From the NCBI RefSeq assembly GCF_009914755.1, contig NC_060926.1: a DNA stretch of 64,000 nucleotides. One strand, written 5' to 3'. The stretch is from the human T2T-CHM13v2.0 reference genome, Homo sapiens. The translations under genes and the position numbers were made by a program. Position 1 is the first letter of the stretch, and every line of letters starts with the position of its first letter. Below, piece after piece: positions 1 through 14,705 of the stretch. The notes under the pieces were generated by a model that ran no database searches, had not been told where the DNA came from, and was given only the letters and a program-made list of their open reading frames with translations.

Positions 1-800
1 GGGAGGGCATCTCAAGCTGCTTCCCTCTAGCTGCAGGCACGTGGCTAAACACCAGACCCCATTCTCCCCACTGTAGCTTGGTCTTGCAGTGAAAACAAAT
101 CTAAATGGAAGTGACTTTTTATATAATAGAAATTGAAACCAAAGTTTAAAAATAAAATAAAATGGAATGTTTCTGAGCATGCAACATCCATCTACTGTAT
201 TTGTTTTTTGCTCATTCAGCACATTTGTATTAGGCGCTGAGTGGAGGCAGAGGCACTCCATCACTGGATTTCTGAGCACACTACTTAGCCTTTGCACTTG
301 GGAGAAAGTCCAACTCCTGAACAGGAAGCCATCCTCTCACACCGCACCCTAACCCAGCAGCCCAGCTCATGGCTCTGCAGATGAACAGGACACGCATCCC
401 GCTATTCACTGTCAGCCTCTCTGCTTCATCCTCGACTTGCCTGAAATGTCCTGTGCTCAGAAAGACCTGTCAGAGAGCACCTCCGGTCCAAAGCGGTCCT
501 AGCCCTGATCTTCACCCTCATGCCTAGTGGGTTTCCTGCGGAGCCATCATTGCCACGCGTGGCGATACTCTGTTGGTCTGGGATCTCCTGTACCATCTGT
601 CTCCCCAGCTTGACTGTGACCTTCAGAAGAGCAGAGGTCACCTCAGCCTTGTTTCTGCACTTCAAGCCCCGGCACAGTGCCTGGCCCATGAAGGACACAG
701 GAAACAGGGTTTTGCCTCAAAGCAGCTCACCTAATATAAAGCAACACAAAACCCCACGCAGTCAGGGCTTTGTTTCACCTGCTGCAATGGCAGCCCTTGA

Positions 801-1331
<531 letters not shown>

Positions 1332-1711
1332 TAAATGTAAGATGGTGATAAGCCTGGTGCCATGAGAGGTGACTGTCAGGTGGTCCCCCTAGGACTCCCC
1401 TGCCAGAGTTAGCCTGAGCTCCAGTGACGGCCCAGAAATTTAGCTCCCATTACCTCATGAATTCCCCACCCTGTGTGCTGCAGAGTGGATGATGGCAAGC
1501 AACACTCACAGCATAGTTTATATTCGTTTAATTTTTCTTTATTTTCAAACTAGAGAATATGTACTTACTGTAACAAGCAAAACAATACTTAAAAAGGTGA
1601 ATAAAAGCAAATATAATTATTTCTTCCTATCCCACTTCATTACCACTATCTCAAGAACACCAAGGGCATGCATGCATATGCCTATATCCATGTATAATAT
1701 ATAAAGAATAA

Positions 1712-2015
1712 GCCAGGCACGGTGGCTCATGCCTGCAATCCCAGCACTTTGGGAGGCCAAGGCGGGCGGATCACCTGAAGTCAGGAGTTTGAGACCATCC
1801 TGGCCAACATGGTGAAACCCTGTCTCTACTAAAAATATAAAAATTAGCCGGGCGTGGTGGTGCACGTGCCTGTAATCCCAGCTACTCCGGAGGCTGAGAA
1901 GGAAAATCGCTTGAATCTGGGAGGCAGAGGTTGCAGTGAGTTGAGATCATGCCCTTGCACTCCAGCCTGGGTGACAGAGCGAGACTCCACCTCAAAAAAA
2001 ATTAAAAAGTAAAAT
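1712..2015 (+). mobile_element. AluS-type SINE
   Basis: gccaggcacggtggctc...gagactccacctc followed by an A-rich tail. Confidence 0.95.
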
Positions 2016-2819
2016 AAAATATATCTCTAATATATAGCATATATATTATATATACTACACATACCTTATATATCATTTTACATAAGTGGGATCATATACA
2101 TGCTGGGGGAATTTTAGTGCCGTATTTTGTCTTTATGTAATTATCTATTTTGCATGCCTTTTGCAGGTGTGGTTCCTCCAGGGACTCATTGGAAAGCGCG
2201 GACGTCCTGTGGCCATGGGATCACACCTGTCTTCAGTGGCACTGTTTCCCTGTTTGTTCTTGAACACGCCTGCTGCCTTGGTTACACTGGCCTACTGGTG
2301 AGTCTTCAGAGAAGTGGCACTGCTGTTTTTTTCTTTTCTCCGTTGGTGGTTTTGGGACATCTGAGATGTCGCCTACTCCCACTCAGTCTCTTTTATTTTC
2401 TGCAGTTCCTCTGGCCTGTCTTGTTCCCTGCTCTTTCTAATTGGCTCTCATTTCCAGCTGCCAGCCCCTGCATTGCTTCTGACCTTGTCTATTTCCAGAG
2501 ACCTTCCCAAAGTCACAAATCTCTTGACAAAAGGCTCCTTTCCCTTTCTGTATAGAAGCCTCTCCCTATCCCTCCTCAAACAAATCTTACCCAAGCCTTC
2601 ACCCAGTACTCAGCTCATTTGTCAGTAGAGACCATTCTTCCTGACCCTTCCCCTACCAGGTCACACATTTGATCAATACATTTGTGTATTGCTTTGTAGA
2701 TTTCAAACACATTCAAATAGATTACTTCAAAAAATTCTTACAACAGCCCTATGAAACAGAAAGGGGTAAGTATATTGCCTCCCCAAATATATAGGTCTTA
2801 AAGGACATTAACTGACAAT

Positions 2820-3420
2820 TTGCAAAGAAGACATTAAAATGACCAGACTTCTTAAAAACTCAGTTTCACTATTAGTGAAAGAAATACAAAGTATAAGAAC
2901 ACTGATATACTTTTTGCCTATGAAATTAGCAAATGTTTAAAAGAATGATAATACTCACTGTTCGGCAAAGGAGGATAGTGGTGGTACACTAGATTTTTGC
3001 AAATAGGAGTGAAAATTTGTGGTACCTCTTTGATTAATACCTTGCCAACACATATTAAATTAGAAAACCATGGAGCCAGGCAATTCCTCTTATAGAAATT
3101 TATCCCAAGGAAATAAACAAAGCTATGTAGAACATTTTAGCTACAAGTATATTTTAATATGCAACTGATTAAGTTGAAGTCCAGTGATGCAATGAAATGC
3201 TCTAAAAAATGTTTTAATGATAACGTGGAAGAATATATAATATGTAAAGTATTTTGATATAATGAATAAAAACATTATACAATGATACATACTGTCAAGA
3301 GTTCCATATATATATGACAGATATATATATATATATATATATATATGTATCTATATTAAGCACTCCAAAACAGCAAGGACGGTTATCTCTAAGAGATGGT
3401 GTTACAGGTGATTTTTATTT
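2820..3420 (+). mobile_element. Old L1 (L1M-type) 3' fragment
   Basis: Degenerate L1 3'-end motifs (caaagaagacattaaaatgacc..., gcaattcctcttatagaaatttatcccaaggaaata); interrupted by (AT)n at ~3320-3347. Confidence 0.55.
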
Positions 3421-3559
3421 TCTAAATTTTGTTCTTCTCTACTTTCTAAATTATTTTCAATAATCACGCATGCTTTTGTAAAAAGAAAAACAAGAAAATT
3501 GTAATATTAAAAAAATTATCCTTGTTTAAATGGAACCAGTTCTACATTTGGTTCTTTAA

Positions 3560-3700
3560 TCCACTCACTCATTCATTCAACAAATATTTTTTTAACTCCC
3601 ACTATACACAAAGCACTCTGCTAGATGAAAGGGATATAGTAATCAAAATTTTAAAAAAATTTTACAAAAAGAACTGGTGTCTGCCCTGGAGAAGGGGTTC
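3560..3700 (-). mobile_element. L2 3' fragment
   Basis: cactcattcattcaacaaatattt...gcactctgctaga, the L2 terminal signature. Confidence 0.55.
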
Positions 3701-5639
3701 TTGGTAACTGGGAGAAAGCCAGTGGAGCTCATTAGACATTACTGTTCCCTAAATGCAAGAAATGGGCTCAGAGGACATCAGTGCATCCAGTCATGCTTGA
3801 GTGAGACTTGGCATTGGAACTGGACCTGAAAAAGTGGTTTCTGAGAGAGGGCTGGGAGTGGAAAATGGAGAGAGTACATGAGAACGAGAATCACCCTCAC
3901 TCTGAGTGCTCCCAGCTACTGGGTCTCCTGGCGGCTTGAGACAAATGGTTGGAGTGGCCTGGCAATGGCAGAAATGGTCCCATGGGTTGCATAACTTCAG
4001 ATGTTAATCAGAAGGCCCAAAATGATTCCTATTTTAGATAAGTGACTAGCGAAAATTCAACAAAATTCTACTAAAGTGTCCCTCTGAGTCTGCATTTTGA
4101 ATAAGCATTCAGCCTCCTACTGTTATTAGTTGGCACTCCCCTTTAACTGGTAGGATTGGAACCTCCCACACACGTCAATCAATTTTCCCAGCAAGGAAGC
4201 CACCCCCAGGAAGTGTGGCACTTGGCACAGTCTGCAAGAAGTCCTTACAGCCTCTAGGGTACCATTTTGTTACCCCATAGGATCGTTGTCATATTCCAAA
4301 TTAACTCAAGTCATCTGCTTTGAGTTGTTTTTTCCATAAATGGTGAAAAATTTTGTTGATTCTTTCCCAAAAGGCCATTTGTGACCAGTGGCCATTTGGA
4401 GACCTGACTGGGGCTTGGAGGACCACAATGAATGAAGCAGCCCTCTTGGGGACTGAACCCATGACCTCATTAGCACAAGGTTCTAATCAACAGAGCCACC
4501 AGGCACATACCTCATTTAAGACACTGAGGCAGTAATTTGCTAAATGTTAATTCTTAGATTAACTACAGATGAGTAGAGTTCCTAGGGGGAAAAAATGAGA
4601 GAGATTTGTTCATTCTTGAAAGGAAATTTAGGTCATCAGTTTTTGATCCCTTTGGTTAGTTTTATGGTATAGTTCCAGAATCCTAAGATGATGTCCATCA
4701 GGGTCTATGCCCCATGATTTTTTTTAAATCAATATCTTGGTCAGGAGACTTTCAAAGAAAATGCAAATCGTGTCACTTCTGCACTCTTAAAACACCACAC
4801 GACGATTTTCGATAGATACCTCTACAGTTTCTATTTCTCATGCACAACACAGGTGGCAAAATAAAGAAATGAGATTCATATCTGAGTCAGAGATGGTCCT
4901 CCCAGAGCAGGAAGGGCTGGACCCCATTACCACCACCCCTCAAAATCCTAAGTCCTGTGGATGAAAGGTCCCCCTCCATGGGGAAGGGGAGCCCCAACCT
5001 CCAGACCTTTCTCAAGGCATGCAGGAACCCAACCCACTCGCCTTCTTACCTTATCCCCCAGGCAGTCCCTGAGAAGCCAGTTTTACAAACAGCAAATATG
5101 GTTTGGAACAAAGTTTTGACACTGACTTGGTATCTTGTGCTCATATTACGTTTGTATGAATATTCCACCGACTTTTCAACTCCAAAGAAAAGTTTCCGCT
5201 CCAAGGCTACATTCAACATTCAGACTATTTCAACTTCAGTTGCTCCCACCCCAACAGCGATCTTTGAAACTGATATGGCCCTGAAAGAAGCCAGAATAAC
5301 TTTGTAAAAATGTTAATAATAATGGGCTAGGTTCCCAGTCTTTGTAATCTTGTGGAAGGACCTCTGTGAGAAAGCACCCTGAGAACTGAATTGAGTGTGT
5401 GCCCACACTAGCTTTTCCATGGAAAGCCTGCTTGAAACACATGGTTGTTTTGCAGGAGCATTTCTACCAAGTGGAGCAGAATGGGAATGTAGCCTTGCAT
5501 TTGTCACCTTTCATCCCAGGAGCTTTAAGACCACAGTGAAATACCCAGGCTGCTGCCTGTTGATGGAGAGGTCCCCTACATTTGGCGGCAAGACCCAGCC
5601 ACACATGTCAGGAGTATGCCATTCTGCCACTGCTGGTTA

Positions 5640-5820
5640 GGGTCCTATGGGAAAGCTAGGTATCCTCTCTGAGCTGTCAATTTCCTCACCTGCAAAACGA
5701 TGGCAATTGTAGTTACTACAAAATAGGGTTGCTGTCTCCACACAAAATAACGGACATGAAATCCTTTAGCTTATTGCCTGGAACACAGCACTTACAAAGC
5801 ACTCATTAAAACTTAACTAT
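5640..5820 (+). mobile_element. MIR SINE
   Basis: ctctctgagctgtcaatttcctcacctgcaaaa resembles the MIR core. Confidence 0.55.
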
Positions 5821-7626
5821 TTCTGTTGCTACTTTCTGCCTCCTGAGAAAAACATAGCCATCTCAGTGTAATGGGTTGCATTCCAAATATCCCTTTCTTT
5901 ATAAATCCAAAATGAAAATTAAATAGGTACCACAAAGAATTTTCTAACCGTAAGCTGAACACAAGCAAGCTTTAATAGTATGCGCTGATAGGAGTAGCTA
6001 AGAGGGAACAACCTAAAATGAAAATAGATAGCTAGCCCTCATTTCTAAATAATGCCTTTAAAAATGTTTTCTTATGAAATGCATTGTAAAATGGCATAAG
6101 GAACTTTCCAAACTCGCATGACCAAAATATATGATCTTAAAATCACAATGCTCTACAACACAACAAAATTTTAGCCAACCTAGATTCGCAGGAATTTCAA
6201 ATTCTGAATGGATGTAAAAAAAATCTCCACTAATTCAAATAATCAAACCAAGTACATTTTTATCTAAAAATACAATCTGAGGCAACTCCATTTTATAACC
6301 AAGAAACACTCATAGCATTTAGTAAGCTACAATGTTGCAACTTCTATTCAAGTTGAAGTTGACAGTTAGGAGCTAGATAAATAGAAACTAAACTTCTGAA
6401 TAGTTATCTATCTTGTAGTTACGGGCTCAATTACTTCAATCTCCAGCGGGGACAGCTATTAGTTCGATAAAATAAATATTTTTAATTTCCTCTATGCATT
6501 TCCTCAAACCATGCCAATGCACTTATCTATGGCTCACTTAAAGAGTTTGGTTAAGCGGCCTCCACTTACTTAAAAGACAATGTTTGATTTTCCTATGAAA
6601 TGGAGAAATGGACGTGAGTGCTCGTTGTTTTAATGCACTGAGCCCTTAATCACTTCCAGTTCTGATTCATCAGAAAAGTTGTCCTCTTGAGGGTTTGGGG
6701 GGCTTTTTTGGTCACTAAATATTGTCTTCCATTTTGAGATATTTATTCCTTGCCAGAAAATGATACTGTATTTTCCCCTAATGATGAAGGATGAAAGATG
6801 GAGCAAATTCCATTTGGTGATTATTGAACCACAGAGAAGTAAACTGACTCAGAAAACAAATCCCCAAAAGAAAAATAAATGTATTATGTGAGGTAGGAGC
6901 ATGGGATTCTTGGCAAATATTCAATTGGAGCCAGGATTGGTAATTTAATAGCATCCTTGTCTCATTAATATTTGAAGGGGGAAGGGTAAAGCTCTCGGGC
7001 TTTTAGCCATGAGCCAGAATCTCCCTATTCTTCACCTCTCCACCGCTACCCCAGCCTGCATGGATGTTAAAGATGCAAATGCCTGGGATGCCTTGCTAAG
7101 AGTTGTTAAAAATGCACAGGCCATAAGCAGGGGTCCAAGACGCCATCGCTCCTCACATAAGCCAAAGGAAATAACACAACCTTAACTTCTGCAGCTCAAT
7201 GGGCAACGCGAATAACCTACAAGCCTACTCTGAACACTGTTCCCAGAGGCCTGGAGCATCAGACCCAAATCAGAGCAGGCAGAGGAGTTCATGAAGTGAC
7301 ATCTCCCAAAGACGATTCTGCCAAATCATGCCAATTTGGTAAATGCGTCACTCTACTTTCAACTGGTCCTTCTAGCTTCCCCTTGCTGATTGGCAGAGTT
7401 TGGCAGGGAAAAAAAAAAAAAAGCCCTTCCTTTGGAAATCCTGGCCACATCTGTGCACTAGAAAGGGACACCCCCAAGTGGTATAGATAGGAAAGGGCTT
7501 AGAAGTCAGTGCTGTAGTAACACACAGCCCCTTTCTAGGACTGCATGTTATGAAGTGTAGCATTTTTGAGCTTTGGTTCTCTTTCAAGTTAAAGGAGGAG
7601 AGAAGGATATTGAAAAACGAAAAAGA

Positions 7627-7925
7627 TGCTGGGCGCGGTGGCTCACGCCTGTAATCCCTGCACTTTGGGAGGCTGAGGTGGGCGGAACATGAGGTCAGGA
7701 GTTCTAGAGCAGCCTGTCCAATACGGTGAAACCCTGTCTCTACTAAAAATACAAAAAAAAAAAAATTAGCCGGGTGTGGTAGCACAAGCCTGTAGTCCCA
7801 GCTACTCGGGAGGCTGAGGCAGAAGAATCACTTGAAACCTGGGAGGTGGAGGTTGCAGTGAGATGAGATCATGCCACTGCACTCCAGCCTGGGCAACAGA
7901 GCAAGACTCCGTCTCAAAAAATAAA
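7627..7925 (+). mobile_element. AluS-type SINE
   Basis: gctgggcgcggtggctcacgcctgtaatccc...gactccgtctc followed by an A tail. Confidence 0.95.
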
Positions 7926-8139
7926 ACAAAGATGAAAAAGACAAAGAAGGAGAAAGACAAGTTTAGTCCAAACCCAGTCCCCAAGACAGCTCCGAATTGC
8001 CAATTTTCTGCCATAAACCTTTTTAATTCTTGGATTATGAAATGTGTAGAAAAAACAAATTTAATTGCTAACAATCTTACCTAATTTTATGGTCTCCATG
8101 GGTGTCTGAAAAGAAACATTATATGGGTCACACAACTGT

Positions 8140-9912
8140 GTGATAGATGGTGGTATTAGTGGTGATGGTGATGGTGATGGTGATGGTGGCAGTAGTGGGG
8201 GTAGCAGTGACAGTGGTGATATGCTGGTAGTGGTGGTGATTGTGGTGGTGGTGCTGGTGGTGGTGGTGGTGGTGATGGTGGTAGTGGTGGTGGTGGTGGT
8301 GGTGGTGGTAGTGATGGTGGTGATGGTGGTGGTGGTGGTGGTGGTGATGGTGGTGGTGGTGGTGGTGGTGGTAGTGATGGTGGTGATGGTGGTGGTGGTG
8401 ATGATGGTGGTGGTGGTGATGGTGGTGATGGTGATGGTGATGGTGGTGATGGTGGTGATGGTGGTGGTGGTGGTAGTGATGGTGGTGATGGTGGTGGTGG
8501 TGGTGATGGTGGTGATGGTGGTGGTGGTGATGGTGGTGACGGTGGTAGTGGTGGTGGTGACGGTGGTGGTGCTGGTGGTGGTGATGGTGGTGGTGGTGCT
8601 GGTGGTGGTGGTGATGATGGTGGTGGTGACGGTGGTGGTGATGATGGTGGTGGTGATGGTGGTGGTGACGGTGGTGGTGACAGTGGTGGTGACAGTGATG
8701 ATGATAGTGGTGATAATGGTAGTGGTGATGATGGTGGTGGTGGGGATAATGGTGGTGATGGTCATGATGGTGACAGTGGTGGCGACGGTGGTGGTGGTGA
8801 AGGTGGCAGTGATGGTGGTGGTGATGGTGGTGGTGGTGGTGGTGATGGTGGTGGTGGTGGTGGTGGTGGTGGTGGTGGTAGTGATGGTGGTGATGGTGGT
8901 GGTGGTGGTGATGGTGGTGGTGGTGGTGGTGATGGTGGTGGTGGTGGTGATGGTGGTGGTGGTGGTGGTGATGGTGGTGGTGGTGGTGGTAGTGATGGTG
9001 GTGATGGTGGTGGTGGTGGTGGTGGTGGTGGTGGTGGTGGTGGTAGTGATGGTGGTGGTGGTGATGATGGTGGTGGTGGTGATGGTGGTGATGGTGATGG
9101 TGGTGGTGGTGATGGTGGTGGTGGTGGTGGTGATGGTGGTGATGGTGGTGGTGATGGTGGTGACGGTGGTAGTGGTGGTGGTGACGGTGGTGGTGGTGGT
9201 GGTGCTGGTGGTGGTGGTGATGGTGGTGGTGGTGATGGTGGTGACGGTGGTAGTGGTGGTGGTGACGGTGGTGGTGGTGGTGGTGCTGGTGGTGGTGCTG
9301 GTGGTGGTGATGGTGGTGATGGTGGTGGTGGTGGTGATGATGGTGGTGGTGACGGTGGTGGTGATGATGGTGGTGGTGATGGTGGTGGTGACGGTGGTGG
9401 TGACAGTGGTGGTGACAGTGATGATGATAGTGGTGATAATGGTAGTGGTGATGATGGTGGTGGTGGGGATAATGGTGGTGATGGTCATGATGGTGACAGT
9501 GGTGGCGACGGTGGTGGTGGTGAAGGTGGCAGTGATGGTGGTGGTGATGGTGGTGGTGGTGGTGATGGTGGTGGTGACAGTGATGATGACAGTGATAACG
9601 GTAGTGGTGATGGTGGTGGTGGGGATAATGGTGGTAATGGCAGTCATGGTGGTGATGGTCATGATGGTGACAGTGGTGGCGATGGTGGTGATGGTGGTGG
9701 TGGTGACGGTGGTGGTGATGATCATGGTGGTGACACTGACAATGATGGTGGTGGCAATGGTAGTGGTGATGTTGGTGGTGGTGATGGGGATAATGGTGGT
9801 GATGGCAGTCATGGTGGTGATGGTTGTGATGGTGACAGTGGTGGTGATGGTGAAGGTGATGATGATGTTGATGGTGGTGGTGATGTTGGTAATGATGGTG
9901 ATGGTAACGGCG
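8140..9912. repeat. ~1.8-kb compound (GGT/GAT)n triplet array (VNTR-like)
   Basis: Continuous ggt/gat/gac/agt triplets, with an internal duplicated block offset by 723 bp. Confidence 0.97.
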
Positions 9913-10369
9913 ATTGCACTCAAATCCCAAAATATGAATTAAAGACTTTAACTGGTATGTTAGATACTTGAGAAATCTACTCTACCTGTCTTCTCTAAGT
10001 CTCAATTCCTATCCCTCAAATGTTGATTAATCTGATTACAATGATATTGTTCTTTGATTAAAACCTGAAAGCACATTTGAAAGAAAGTAAAAGAAGTGAA
10101 GTTAAAGCAACTGCTTGAGGGATGGATGTATTTCTCTCCATGGATGAGTTTTTAATTCTTTATTATTATTTTCATCACAGTCCTTGTCACAGAAAGGATT
10201 TCAAAGTATCAATAGTCCTTTAGGTTGCTGTATTATAAAATTCCAAGGATATAGGAATTTCAATTCATGGAGACTATTGTGAATCTAGGTGACAACACTT
10301 TTTTCTACCAATGTAGAAATGTCTGGGGCAGAAAAATTCACACTTGCAGCATTAATTATTATAAACACA

Positions 10370-10758
10370 GAGAAACCCCTTCCCTGTGCAGTTATGTCTA
10401 ACAGATGATGGGACATAGGACAGCTTCCCAACTGCTTTGCATTAGGCTTGGTCAAGTGACTTTCTTTGGCCAATAAAATGTGAGTAGAAGGGACAGGTGT
10501 CACTGCTGGACAGAGGCTTTAGGAGCCAGGGTGAGCCTCACCATGTTGCCTTCCTCCTGTTATGATCAATGTGGAAGCAGGTGGAGAGGGGGCCTCTATC
10601 ACCCTATGTTTCTAAGTGTCTATGACAGGCAAACCCCCTCCCAACCCATAATGGACATGCAGTGAGAGCAAAAAATAAACTCCTGTTGTTTTAAGCCACT
10701 GCGATTTGGGTGGTTCTTTTCTACCACATCATAACCTACCCTATCCTAATAGATACAG
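10370..10758 (+). mobile_element. MaLR (MLT1-type) solo LTR fragment
   Basis: ctttggccaataaaatgtgagtagaag...aaataaactcctgttgttttaagccactg...gataca, a typical MLT1 3' end. Confidence 0.7.
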
Positions 10759-12478
10759 ATGGCAAAGAGCCAAAACAAGTAAGTTTGAAGTCAACTGTGG
10801 TCACACTGGGGAAAAAGGAATCTACGTATCTCCCCTAATAAACCAAACCCTCAAGGCTTCTTGTTACCCAATCACAAATTCCAAGACATTTAATCGTTCT
10901 GCAGTGAAGGTCAATTCTGGACAAAAAGTGCCTAGGAAAAAGGTATTCCATGACCTGCAAGGAACTGAAAGTCACTCACCCACACAAGCTCTGCAATGAT
11001 TTGGAGATCTCTTTTGGCCAAGTTCTATTTCAGACAATAAACCACCTTCTTACCATTATCCAGGCAGACAGCACAGATCTCCTTATCATTTTCAGAACTG
11101 TTCATTTCAAAGCTGCACTGCTGAAGGTATAAGCCTCCTTAAAGAACTCTACTTTTAAGAAAACCAAATCTCATAAAAGTTAGTATATTTCCACATTCAA
11201 AGTGGGGCAGCAAATGTGAAAAGCCCATCTGTGCCCACCCTCCCCTCCACCCCACAAACTCTACCACCACCCAGAGCTGTAGCTGGGCATGAAAAATCTA
11301 ACACATGCAAAGTACAGAGGCTCTTTGAAAATTTGGCCCAGTGTGTCTTATATGTGAGTTGCAGCCTTACAGAGTCTTGCCAAAAACAACAAAGAGGAAA
11401 GAAAAGGAAAGGTTTTCTTTTCTCCGGACTTGGGAATGAAACATAAAACTCCTCTTTTCTGCAAGGCTGAATGGCTCCAATTTTCCACACTCAGGATGAG
11501 CTCTTACTGGCCATTACCTTCATAATATCCCAGTGGCTTTTTAGTGGGCATTTCTGTCCTCCCAAATGAATGGCGTGGCAGTAGTGGCCCAAAGAGGTGC
11601 CCCAGCTCCCTACTGAGAAGCTGTGGCCCTCACACATCCTCAGTGTTGTTGTGAAGATAAAATGAAATGGATGATATGAGTGTGCTTTAAGTGTTACGTT
11701 CATGGTATTATTTCTACCATTCCTTGCTTCTGCTGCATCTACTGTGTCTACTGGGTCTAACTTGTACAGTTTTTGCTTTTCTGGGGTCTCTACCCAGGTA
11801 AGAACATAGAGGATTAACAGTCACTGGCTCTAAGTGCAAAATTCCATAAAACCCTATGAGGTGAGCACTAGTGAGTCCAGGAATGCAGAGAGGTGCAGAG
11901 AATTAAGTGGTTTACCCAGGGTGACACAAACAGTGGTAAGTGGAGAGCCCCTGTTTGATCACTGTCTGAGTGCCCAGAGACACACATGATGCCAACACAC
12001 ACGATGCCAACCTCCCATCTAAGCAGTCTTACTGCTCCCAGACATGTGTGTTCCAAAAAGAATGGCTGTGAAGGTGCCACCTGTTTGGTTGCTGAGAATG
12101 TACTAAGCTCCCAGGTTCAGTTGGTGAGGCAGGACTCTCAAGCTAGATTTTCTTAGATGTGACCAAATCCTACCTTACAAAGAAAGAGCAAAATAAGCAA
12201 GTGAGGAAGAACAGATGACCTCTGCTTAGGAAGACAAGGCAAGACTGAGCAACTGTGGAAGAGAAATTCAGGATCAACTCCAATTAATAAGATAATGAAA
12301 ACTGTATTAAAAAAAGTGTTGTTCATCAACATTGGTTCAAAATTTCCAGTAGCTTCCTATAGAAATCTCTATAGGAAGAGCACAAAGTACGATAGTCACA
12401 GAAGCAAAGAGAACAGGGAGACACTAGGGCGACATGGACAAAGGACAATCAGTAGAAACTTACGAAATAGGGAGAAGG

Positions 12479-12790
12479 GGACCGGGAGCGGTGGCTCACA
12501 CCTGTAATCCTAGCACTTTGGGAGGCCGAGGAGGGCGGATTACAAGGTCAGGAGTTCAAGATCAGCCTGACCAACACGGTGAAACCCTGTCTCTACTAAA
12601 AATAATTAATTAATTTTAAAAAATTAGCTGGGCATGGGGCATGTGCCTTTAATCCCAGCTACTCTGCAGGCTAAGGCAAGAGAATTGCTTGAACCTGGGA
12701 AGTGGAGGTTTCAGTGAGCCAAGATAATGCCACTGCACTCCAGCCTGGGCGACAGAGCAAGACTCTGACTCGAAAAAAATAAAGAAAGAA
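12479..12790 (+). mobile_element. AluS-type SINE
   Basis: Alu dimer with near-TSD gaaata(g/t)ggagaagg. Confidence 0.93.
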
Positions 12791-14363
12791 AGAAATATGG
12801 AGAAGGAAAGTAGATGTGACGTTGAGAAGAAATTCCAGCAGTATCACTGGAAGGAAGGGAATCAAAGAGTGAAGCAAAGAAGAAAAAGCATGGAAATGGG
12901 AGATTAGTTTTAAATGCGAAGAGGGAAAAAGGACAAAAGGGAAGAAAATCCAAGGAGCAAAAAGCAATAAACCAAAACTGAGAGACTGGAAGGAGGCAAC
13001 ATTATTTCTGCAAAAAGTAAATAAATACTATCTCCTTAGAAAACAAGTTGAAATTGGCATCAGAGGCACCAGAAGAACCATCAAGGACCAGCTCATCTGA
13101 CTCAGGTTACGAATGCTGATAAATTTATTAGCTACTTAAAAAAGTGTAACCAAAATAAAAGAAAGGAAAGCCTTTCATTATTCAAAACACATGTAGGTTT
13201 CTAAAACATATTTTTGTTGTAAGCCTCCAGATTTTTACTGAAGTCTTTTTCTCCATTTATTTTCCTACTTTATATTCCAAAAAAAGTTACATATTCATCT
13301 CAAATAATTACAAAAGATGTTCTGTGACATCTTTGCAAATGGCCTCACAAGAAATTTTTCATTTCGGGGGCTACGTCCATATTCCTTTACAGCAATCTTT
13401 GATTTTGATCTATCTACTCGAACGATCCAATTCATTTTTTAAAATTTAGAACTACTTAATTCGTTTACTGAGTTAACTGGTTCACCAACTTAACTGGAAT
13501 TTATAGCTGAATATATCATTCATTTCAGTCCAAATGGGCCAGCCATTTAAGCATACAGACACATAATGTGCTTTCTTCAATATTAATTAATTTGCACTGC
13601 TTCCTCACAGCGGATTATTGGCAAAATGGCTTTTCTTAAGATCTGGATCTACAATATGAACATTCATTATTGCACTCACCAACCCATAAATTCCCAAAGT
13701 TAGAGGGATAATTTTGTAGCTCATGTATTTTCTTATGGAGAATTATACCTTTAAGAGAACATTTCCTGATCTCCTTCAGTAATTATTTCCATCAGCAAAA
13801 TCTTCCTATTGATAATATGATGAAAACAGGAAATTTGAGACAGTGTATAGTACCCTTAGAACAACTAGTGAAAAAAAAGGAATTCTTCCTACAATTTAAC
13901 ATAACATTTTCCAGCCCCAAACAAAAATGCAGTTTACTGAAACTGTATTGGCTCATTTTTGTAATGTTGTGGGTCATATTTTCTAAATAGCATCTGTAGA
14001 AGAATCATTTAGAGTTCTAATCTCAGAGATTTTGCTAGAGAGGAGTAAGGTGACAGAACATTTAATTTTTTTTTTCATTCAGACTGGATGTTTCATATTT
14101 ACTTCATATGTAGCAAAACTGCCCTGGAATTCACATAAATAATGAATTAATGAAATAACTCTCAAAGTTCATGAGACATAAGAAAGTATTCTCTGGGCAT
14201 ATCCCAGAGTAGAAATCTGAGTTTATGGCTCTCAATTCTCACCTATGCAAATACATAACCTCTCCAAAGTAAAGTTCCATCCCCAGTTCTGAATCATAAT
14301 ATTCAACCAAAAAAAAAATCACAATACACAAGTGGTATTTCCAAATTAAAATAATTTAGTTGT

Positions 14364-14705
<342 letters not shown>

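Noticed and set aside
8061-9942. Mucin-like or histidine-rich protein genes
   Set aside because: Translations of a simple triplet repeat with no promoter or exon evidence; kept only as a repeat finding.
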